Origin: Candidatus Cloacimonadota bacterium
GTDB taxonomy: Bacteria; Cloacimonadota; Cloacimonadia; Cloacimonadales; WRIO01
Direction: 5' to 3'
DNA: 43,186 bases
NCBI GenBank assembly: GCA_029564175.1
Contig: JAKQQL010000066.1
Coordinates: 1-43,186, forward strand
The position numbers were made by a program, and so were the translations under genes. Shown piece by piece: positions 36,290 to 43,186 of this stretch. Each line of letters starts with the position of its first letter. Position 1 is the stretch's first letter. The notes under the pieces were generated by a model that saw only the letters and a list, made by a program, of their open reading frames with translations, was not told the origin of the DNA and searched no databases.

Positions 36290-38932
36290 ATGAATGAACT
36301 GGATTATCATCGTCTTTTGGAAAGAGCCCCCATTTCGTGTCTTTTCTGCAAAATAGAATTTGACGATCATCAATACCCTAAGGATATACAGCTTATAGAT
36401 TGTAATAGTGAATTTGTAAAATTGAGTGGTCTGTCTAAAGATTCTTTAGTTAATCACTCCTTACAATGTTTGTTTTCGGATTTTCCTGTAGAGTGGATAT
36501 CAATGTGTTATGAACTGCTACTCTTAAAAAAAGAGAAAACCGTAAAAACCTTTTTTAAGTCTTTTAAGAAATGGCTAAAAATTAAAATATTACCCCTTCA
36601 AGATATGCAATTTGTGATTTTTATAAATGATATTACAACAAACGTGCATCTTTATGAGCAACAAAAGGATATAAAGAAAGATTTAGCAGAAAGCCAAAAC
36701 CGTTACAGGGTACTCTCAGATGCTGCTGTTGAAGGAATTGTAATTCATAAAAATGGAATCGTTATTGATCTTAATAGTGCTTTATGCAAACTAATGGGCT
36801 ATACTCGTAATGAAGCATTAGGGAAAAATATATTAACTATGGCTGTTCACCCGGATGATTTACCAAATGTAATCAATCATTTAATTTTAAATAATACAGA
36901 ACCTTATGAAATTAGAATAATCAAAAAAGATGGTACGATTATACCTGTAGAATTATACGCTTATAATAAATATCTTGATAATGAACTGGCAAGAATTGTA
37001 TCTATCAGAGATTTGTCAGAAAGAAAAAACAGTCAAAATATTATACAGGAGATTGACAGGAAATTTCAAACGCTTGTTGATAATTTGCCAGTAGGGGTTG
37101 CGATGATTGACAGGAATTATAATATTCTTGCAATTAACAGAAAAATGAGCACTATGTTTCCAGCTTGTAATATCTCAGTTAGTCAGAAATGCTATGATAA
37201 TTTTGTAACAAATCCGAATGGCTTTCCCTGTTTTGAGTGCTTTTTAGAGAATATTATTAAAAGTAAAATGCCTGTATCATTCGAAAGATATTTGCTCATT
37301 AACGGCAAAAATTATTATTATCAAATTACCACTGCACCAGTTATTAATGCCAATAATCAGGTCGATTATGTGATTGAAATGATTGAAGATATTACACACA
37401 GAAAGGAAATGGAGCTGGCAATCAGGGAAAGCGAAGAGAAGTTTCGACTATTGACGGAATTTTCTTCCGATGTTACCTGGATACTAAATCTTAAAACAAT
37501 GAGATTTACTTATGTAAGCCCATCGATAATGCAACTACGGGGAATCAGTGTAGAAGAAGCTCTGGAAGAATCACTTGAAGACTCTATGACAGCAGAATCC
37601 TTCGCGTATGTCAACAACCGGATTAAGGAAAGTCTTGATTTGTTTTTCAGAGATCCTGAAAAGATAAACTATCATTTTGATGAAATTCAACAGATATGTA
37701 AAGATGGTCGGATTATCTGGATTGAAACATCTACCCGTTTTAGGTACAATGAAGATCATGATGTAGAAATAATAGGTGTTAGCCGTAATATTGATGCCCG
37801 AAAACAATATGAAAAAGAATTATTTGAAGCAAAAGAGTATGCTGTGTCAGCAAGTAAAGCAAAAAGTGACTTTTTAACCAATATAAGTCATGAAATCAGA
37901 ACACCGTTAAATGGGATAATCGGTTTTTCTGAGTTACTTGAGAAAATTGCCAGAGATGATCAGGTGATTGAATATACTGCTTATATTAAACAATCAGGTT
38001 ATTCACTTCTCAATATTATTAATGATATTTTAGATTTTTCAAAGATAGAGAATGAAAAAAAAGAAATTACTTTGACCAGAGTTAAATTACAGGATTTAGT
38101 ACAGAAAGTAGAAGATAATATAAAAATAGAGATTGAAGAAAAACCGATCAATGTAATTATGACAATTGATAAAAGACTACCTGATTTTATGATTACGGAT
38201 CAGAAAAGACTTTTAAGAATAATTCAAAAATTAACAGATAACGCAGTAAAATTTACAGAAACCGGTAATGTAGAGTTTGTTTTAGATTTTGAGCAGGTTA
38301 ATAAGACTAAGGGGATTTTTCATTTTCATGTAAAAGATACAGGTATTGGCATAAAACAAGAGAATATTAAAAGCTTGTTTGATCCGTTTATTCAGGCTGA
38401 TAATTCAACTACAAGAAGATATGGAGGCACTGGACTTGGTCTGAGTATTGCCTGCAGGTTATTAAACCAACTTGACTCAGAATTAAAAGTAATGAGTGAA
38501 CCTGGCATAGGATCAGACTTTTACTTTTCTCTTGAAGCAGATTTTATGACTATGGAGGCCAACCTGTTATTAACTGATGATTTGAATGAGACAGCCAATA
38601 TATCCGAGATAAAAAAGCATTTCGATAAAAAGAAATTACTCGAACGGATCAATCATGATTTAAACTTCTTTCAACAGCTAATTGAAATTAGTCTTGAAGA
38701 TGTTGATACTTCATTAAAAAGTCTTGAACAGGCGATAAATACAAACAATGTTGACTTATTTAAGATTACCGCTCATTCTATAAAAGGAATATCGTTAAAT
38801 ATGTGTTTTGATCAGATGGCTGTATATACTGCAGATTGTAAGCAAATTAATCAATTACCTGACGAGTATGCAGATAAACTTTATTTACAAATATTAAAAG
38901 AGTGGGCGTATATTTCTAAAGAACTTAATTAG
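36290..38932 (+). CDS. Cytoplasmic multi-PAS histidine kinase with C-terminal Hpt domain
   Basis: Four PAS-like repeats (VHPDD, YVSPS), AKSDFLTNISHEIRTPLNGI, NAVKFTE, DTGIGI and RRYGGTGLGL; Hpt motif AHSIKGISLN. Confidence 0.9.
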   Translation: MNELDYHRLLERAPISCLFCKIEFDDHQYPKDIQLIDCNSEFVKLSGLSKDSLVNHSLQCLFSDFPVEWISMCYELLLLKKEKTVKTFFKSFKKWLKIKILPLQDMQFVIFINDITTNVHLYEQQKDIKKDLAESQNRYRVLSDAAVEGIVIHKNGIVIDLNSALCKLMGYTRNEALGKNILTMAVHPDDLPNVINHLILNNTEPYEIRIIKKDGTIIPVELYAYNKYLDNELARIVSIRDLSERKNSQNIIQEIDRKFQTLVDNLPVGVAMIDRNYNILAINRKMSTMFPACNISVSQKCYDNFVTNPNGFPCFECFLENIIKSKMPVSFERYLLINGKNYYYQITTAPVINANNQVDYVIEMIEDITHRKEMELAIRESEEKFRLLTEFSSDVTWILNLKTMRFTYVSPSIMQLRGISVEEALEESLEDSMTAESFAYVNNRIKESLDLFFRDPEKINYHFDEIQQICKDGRIIWIETSTRFRYNEDHDVEIIGVSRNIDARKQYEKELFEAKEYAVSASKAKSDFLTNISHEIRTPLNGIIGFSELLEKIARDDQVIEYTAYIKQSGYSLLNIINDILDFSKIENEKKEITLTRVKLQDLVQKVEDNIKIEIEEKPINVIMTIDKRLPDFMITDQKRLLRIIQKLTDNAVKFTETGNVEFVLDFEQVNKTKGIFHFHVKDTGIGIKQENIKSLFDPFIQADNSTTRRYGGTGLGLSIACRLLNQLDSELKVMSEPGIGSDFYFSLEADFMTMEANLLLTDDLNETANISEIKKHFDKKKLLERINHDLNFFQQLIEISLEDVDTSLKSLEQAINTNNVDLFKITAHSIKGISLNMCFDQMAVYTADCKQINQLPDEYADKLYLQILKEWAYISKELN

Positions 38933-39114
38933 ACCTCTGCGTGAGTATATACTGTTTTTAATTTTTAGGATTGTTAATAAAAACTTGCATAAAGCTAATG
39001 TGTTGTTAAAAAAACAGATAAGCAAACAGATAAAAATATTGTAAAAAAGCTGGACAGCTAAATGATATTTTAACTATTGGATAATAAAAGAATAATCTAT
39101 AGAAGGGATAGCAA

Positions 39115-39927
39115 ATGATAACACCAGAAGAACTTTATCAAGGGATAACCCACCAGGATATGTTTTTTCTAATATCAGGTCCTTGCGTTATTGAAGATGA
39201 AAAGCTGATGATGAATGCTGCAGAATTTTTGAAGAAGACAACAGATAAGCTTGGCATTACACTCATTTTTAAGTCTTCATACGAAAAATCAAACCGAACA
39301 AACTTTCACTCTTTTTCAGGCCCAGGTATGAAAAAAGGCTTAAAAATCCTCAGAAAAATCAAAGAAACCTATGAATTGCCGATTTTGACAGATGTACATG
39401 AAACTGAAGAAGTGGAAGAAGTCGCTGAAGTAGCTGATGTGATTCAGATCCCTGCGTTTCTTAGCAGACAAACCTGGTTGATATCTGCTGCAGCAAAAAC
39501 TGGAAAGATTGTTAACATTAAGAAAGGCCAGTTTTTAGCACCTGAAGATATGTGGCAGCAAGCTGAAAAAGTTACTGTGAATGATAACTACAAAGTGATG
39601 CTTACAGAACGAGGCACCAGCTTTGGTTATCATAATCTGGTGGTTGACTTTAGAAGCTTTGCCATGATGAAAAAACTGGATTTCCCTGTAGTTTATGATG
39701 TAACACACAGTATGCAAAGACCTTCTCTGACTCAGACTACCGGAGGTACACCTGAATTTGCGCCAATGCTTGCTCAAGCAGCTATCGGTTCAGGCATGGT
39801 GGACGGGCTCTTTATTGAAGCACACCCCAATCCGATGGAAGCACTCAGCGATGCCAATACCCAGTTGCCTCTATCTGAGCTTCCAGAACTTTTAGAACGC
39901 TGTATCCGTATTAAAAAAGCTTTATAA
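39115..39927 (+). CDS. kdsA: KDO-8-phosphate synthase
   Basis: GPCVIE, FKSSYEKSNRT, LTDVHE, QIPAFLSRQT, NIKKGQFLAP, ERGTSFGY.NLVVD and DVTHS.Q. Confidence 0.96.
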   Translation: MITPEELYQGITHQDMFFLISGPCVIEDEKLMMNAAEFLKKTTDKLGITLIFKSSYEKSNRTNFHSFSGPGMKKGLKILRKIKETYELPILTDVHETEEVEEVAEVADVIQIPAFLSRQTWLISAAAKTGKIVNIKKGQFLAPEDMWQQAEKVTVNDNYKVMLTERGTSFGYHNLVVDFRSFAMMKKLDFPVVYDVTHSMQRPSLTQTTGGTPEFAPMLAQAAIGSGMVDGLFIEAHPNPMEALSDANTQLPLSELPELLERCIRIKKAL

Positions 39928-39946
39928 ACTGATAAATCATATTATC

Positions 39947-39986
39947 AAGGTCATCTCTTTTCATTTGATGAGGGGATGACCTTTTT
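39947..39986 (+). terminator. Intrinsic terminator after kdsA
   Basis: AAGGTCATCTCT/GGGGATGACCTT stem followed by a T tract. Confidence 0.85.
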
Positions 39987-40147
39987 GCTTATCCTCTATA
40001 TGTATTACCCGGACAAAAAAGCACTTTCTTGTCTTTCTGCCGGATTTATTTTTAATTTTCTGAAAAAAGTTCAATTGGTTTTAAAAATGAAGGGTTTACT
40101 GAAAAGTGCGCAGAAATAAATGAGAAATTTGATGAGATTCTTTTACA

Positions 40148-40213
40148 ACCACTGAAGGCACTGAAAACACGGAACAAGAAGTATCAGAGTGATCTATCCT
40201 CTGGATGTCACTT
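40148..40213. repeat. 9-nt tandem repeat (CAC.GAA x3) plus a REP-like palindrome
   Basis: acCACTGAA-ggCACTGAA-aaCACGGAA (40148-40174); hairpin GAGTGAT-ct-ATCC-tct-GGAT-GTCACTT (40187-40213). Confidence 0.6.
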
Positions 40214-40398
40214 GTTTATGCATTTTGTTGTGTAAGTACTTTAACTCTAATATATTTGATGACTGTGTTGGAAATTGAAAAGGCTTATATTTGCATGTAT
40301 TCACGAGAATGCTAAAATACCATATATTACTCGATTTTTAAGAAAATTATTATAAATCAATACAAAAAGCTTGACTTATTTTATTGACCATTCTATTT

Positions 40399-40426
40399 TT
40401 GACAAAAATAATGATTATGATAGAAT
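40399..40426 (+). promoter_or_regulatory. Sigma70 promoter of the helicase gene
   Basis: TTGACA-16 nt-TAGAAT with extended -10 TGn. Confidence 0.65.
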
Positions 40427-40465
40427 TTGCAGAGAATTGAGATCATAAACAGGTCGGGTAAATGT

Positions 40466-43186
40466 ATGATACAGGTTTTTAATAACAAAACTGAAAAAGT
40501 CGGCGATGATTTTAAAAAGAGCATTAACAAAAACAGTAAGTTAGAAGTTGCAGCTGGGATTTTTACCATTTATGGTTTTGAGAGCTTGAAAAGTGAGTTG
40601 AAAAAGATAGAAAAACTAAATTTTATCTTTACTGACCCTACTTTTATTGAAACAGATAAGAACAAAAGAGAAAAAAAACAATTTAAAATCAATGCCAATA
40701 TTAGGCAAAAAGCCATTAGTGGTTCTGATTTTGAGTTGAATCTGAAAAATGAGCTAAAAGGCAGAGCCATTGCCAAAGAATGCAGAAAATGGATTGAACA
40801 GAAAGTAACCTTTAAAACCAATATTGGAAATAAATATATCCAGCCTCATATCACACTTAGAAATGAAAATGACTCTTTTGTTTATATGGGGATTAATGAA
40901 TTCAGTTCTGCAGGATTTGGATATGAAAAAGATAATTCTCTTCTGAATCAAATTATAAAAACAGATGACTTTGCAACGACCAAACAATACATGCAAAATT
41001 TCAGTGAGATCTGGAATGATGAGAAAGTACTTAAAGACATTACTGATGAAGTAGCTGATTATATAGCCAATCTATATAAAGAGAACTCACCTGAATTTAT
41101 CTATTACTTAACGCTTTATAACATCTTTGATGAGTTTCTTGAAGATATCTCAGAAGATGAGCTTGCCAATGAAAAGACCGGATTTAAAGATTCTGTGGTA
41201 TGGTCAAAGCTCTTTGATTTTCAAAGAGATGCGGTTTTAGGTATTATTAATAAACTGGAAAGACATAATGGATGCATTCTGGCGGACAGTGTCGGCTTAG
41301 GAAAGACCTTTACTGCCCTGGGTGTAATCAAGTATTATCAAGAGCGAAACAGAACGATACTGGTTTTATGCCCCAAAAAACTGGGTGATAACTGGATGAC
41401 TTTTTTAAACAATTATGACGATAATCCGCTGATAAAAGATCGCTTGAATTATGATGTATTGTTTCATACGGACTTGTCCAGAGACAGGGGAGAGTCAAAC
41501 GGAATAGATCTATCCAGAATCAATTGGGGAAATTATGATTTGCTGGTTATTGATGAATCTCATAATTTTAGAAACAATGACCCAAGAAAAGACAGGCTGA
41601 CCCGCTATCAAAAACTGCTCAATGATGTGATTCGCTCCGGAGTTAAGACTAAAGTGCTTATGCTATCTGCCACGCCAGTGAACAATCGCTTTAATGACCT
41701 GAAAAATCAGATTGCTTTGGCTTATGAAGGCGAAACAAATCTGATAGATGAAAAAATGGATACAACAAAACCGATAGATGTAATTTTAAGAAATGCTCAG
41801 AAAGTTTTTAATGATTGGTGTAAATTACCGGTTGATGACAGAACCAGTCAGCATTTGCTTAAAAAGTTAAATTCTAATTTTGACTTCTTTAAGCTGCTGG
41901 ATAGTGTTACGATTGCCCGAAGCCGAAAACACATCGAAAAATACTATGATTCAAGTAAAATTGGTAAATTTCCTGTCAGATTAAAGCCTGTTACTCACCA
42001 TGCGAATATTACAGACTTAGATGATTTTATTGAAATTTCTGAGTTATACAATGAGTTGTCCAAATTGAATATGTCTATATACTCGCCTTCTGAGTATATC
42101 TTCGAATCTAAAAGAGATTTTTATGCAGAGCTCTATGATACAAATGTCAGTGAGAATGTCAGCTTTAAACAGTCACACAGAGAGAAGAATTTACAGATTT
42201 TAATGAGAGTTAATTTGCTCAAAAGACTTGAAAGTTCAGTGCAGTCTTTCAGATTAACACTTCATAAGTTTATCGATACGATAGAAGAAACATTAAAGAG
42301 AATCAGAGACTTTAAAACAAGCCGTTCTGCTAACTTTGCCGAATCAATGTCAGTTAATGAGTATGACTCTGATTATGATTATGAGGAGTGGTTGGATGAT
42401 GATTTTAATGTAGGTAAAAAGATAAAAATCAATCTTGAAGATATGAATATTACCGGTTGGAGTGATGATTTAAGGCATGACCTGAAAATTGCCAAAGAGA
42501 TAATGGCGGAAATGAACCGAGTTAGTCCGGAACATGATGCGAAACTAAATGATTTAAAACGATTTATACAGGAGAAAACCATCAATCCAATCAATGATGG
42601 TAATAAGAAGGTATTGATATTTAGTGCCTTTGCAGATACTGTAGATTATCTGTATGAGCATCTGTCAGTTTATAACAAAAAACAGCTGGGTTTGGAAACA
42701 GCTAAGATTACCGGCTCTAATCAAAATAAAGCGACTCTCAAAATTGATAATAGTTTTAATAACATACTCATCAATTTCTCACCAAGATCAAAAGAGAGAA
42801 AGTTCAAAAATCAGCCTGAAATTGATATCTTGATTGCGACTGACTGTATTTCAGAAGGTCAGAATTTACAAGATTGCGATACGCTTATCAATTATGATAT
42901 TCACTGGAATCCGGTTCGTATCATTCAGAGATTTGGCCGAATAGACCGAATCGGGTCAGTCAATGCGTATATTCAGCTGATAAACTTCTGGCCTCAGTTA
43001 TCATTGGATGATTATATCAATTTGAAAAGCAGAGTTGAAAACAAAATGTTTATAGTGGATGCCACGGCAACCGGAGAAGATAATGTGCTTACCAATAAAT
43101 CATCTGATCTGGTTTTCCGGCGAAAACAACTGGAGAAGCTTCAGGAAGAGGTCATTGACCTGGAAGACATTAACACCGGAGTTTCT
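40466..43186 (+). CDS. SNF2-family helicase with N-terminal PLD-like domain (restriction/defence-associated); truncated by the window end
   Basis: Frame from ATG 40466 (MIQVFNNKTEKVGDD...) appears open to the window end. Motifs: Q (FDFQRDAV), Walker A ADSVGLGKT, DESH, LSATP, IFSAFADT and ATDCISEGQNLQD...YDIHWNPVRIIQRFGRIDRIGS. Not in the ORF track. Confidence 0.92.
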   Translation, partial: MIQVFNNKTEKVGDDFKKSINKNSKLEVAAGIFTIYGFESLKSELKKIEKLNFIFTDPTFIETDKNKREKKQFKINANIRQKAISGSDFELNLKNELKGRAIAKECRKWIEQKVTFKTNIGNKYIQPHITLRNENDSFVYMGINEFSSAGFGYEKDNSLLNQIIKTDDFATTKQYMQNFSEIWNDEKVLKDITDEVADYIANLYKENSPEFIYYLTLYNIFDEFLEDISEDELANEKTGFKDSVVWSKLFDFQRDAVLGIINKLERHNGCILADSVGLGKTFTALGVIKYYQERNRTILVLCPKKLGDNWMTFLNNYDDNPLIKDRLNYDVLFHTDLSRDRGESNGIDLSRINWGNYDLLVIDESHNFRNNDPRKDRLTRYQKLLNDVIRSGVKTKVLMLSATPVNNRFNDLKNQIALAYEGETNLIDEKMDTTKPIDVILRNAQKVFNDWCKLPVDDRTSQHLLKKLNSNFDFFKLLDSVTIARSRKHIEKYYDSSKIGKFPVRLKPVTHHANITDLDDFIEISELYNELSKLNMSIYSPSEYIFESKRDFYAELYDTNVSENVSFKQSHREKNLQILMRVNLLKRLESSVQSFRLTLHKFIDTIEETLKRIRDFKTSRSANFAESMSVNEYDSDYDYEEWLDDDFNVGKKIKINLEDMNITGWSDDLRHDLKIAKEIMAEMNRVSPEHDAKLNDLKRFIQEKTINPINDGNKKVLIFSAFADTVDYLYEHLSVYNKKQLGLETAKITGSNQNKATLKIDNSFNNILINFSPRSKERKFKNQPEIDILIATDCISEGQNLQDCDTLINYDIHWNPVRIIQRFGRIDRIGSVNAYIQLINFWPQLSLDDYINLKSRVENKMFIVDATATGEDNVLTNKSSDLVFRRKQLEKLQEEVIDLEDINTGVS

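Noticed and set aside
40570..42594. Three minus-strand ORFs in the last 3 kb
   Set aside because: They are antisense to the SNF2 helicase frame.
1..43186. CRISPR array, rRNA, IS transposase, prophage genes or stop-codon recoding
   Set aside because: I saw no regularly spaced repeats or such genes by eye. Conserved genes end normally at TAA, TAG and TGA.

Overview
Low-GC chromosomal segment of an anaerobic diderm bacterium. It is most consistent with Candidatus Cloacimonadota or another FCB-group lineage (inference from a PorU-like C25 protein with a FlgD-Ig-type tail, kdsA, the rplM-rpsI-rpsB-tsf-pyrH-frr gene order and strong Shine-Dalgarno use). In order, the window holds: a partial small membrane protein; rlpA; a complete rnfCDGEAB operon; a PorU-like sortase; a sigma54 activator with aor and moaD; a PAS hybrid kinase; an unusual TerB-like/degenerate-FHA/ABCG fusion followed by two stand-alone cNMP-binding proteins; a sigma54-type kal-bcd-etfB-etfA operon on the minus strand; a TetR/frameshifted beta-barrel/DUF2271-like operon; dapD with an aminotransferase; a solute-binding lipoprotein; tRNA-Ser(CGA); the translation cluster; an ECF sigma/anti-sigma/tandem-PDZ operon; a receiver-less PAS kinase with an Hpt domain; kdsA; and a truncated SNF2 helicase, absent from the ORF track, that probably opens a defence island. 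The best candidates for undescribed biology are the ABCG plus cNMP-binding module, an anti-SD (CCUCCUC) loop hairpin in the etfA 3' UTR, two sigma54 promoters sharing a variant -12 box, a structured kal-bcd intergenic RNA and the ECF-PDZ module. All calls come from reading the sequence by eye; no searches were run.
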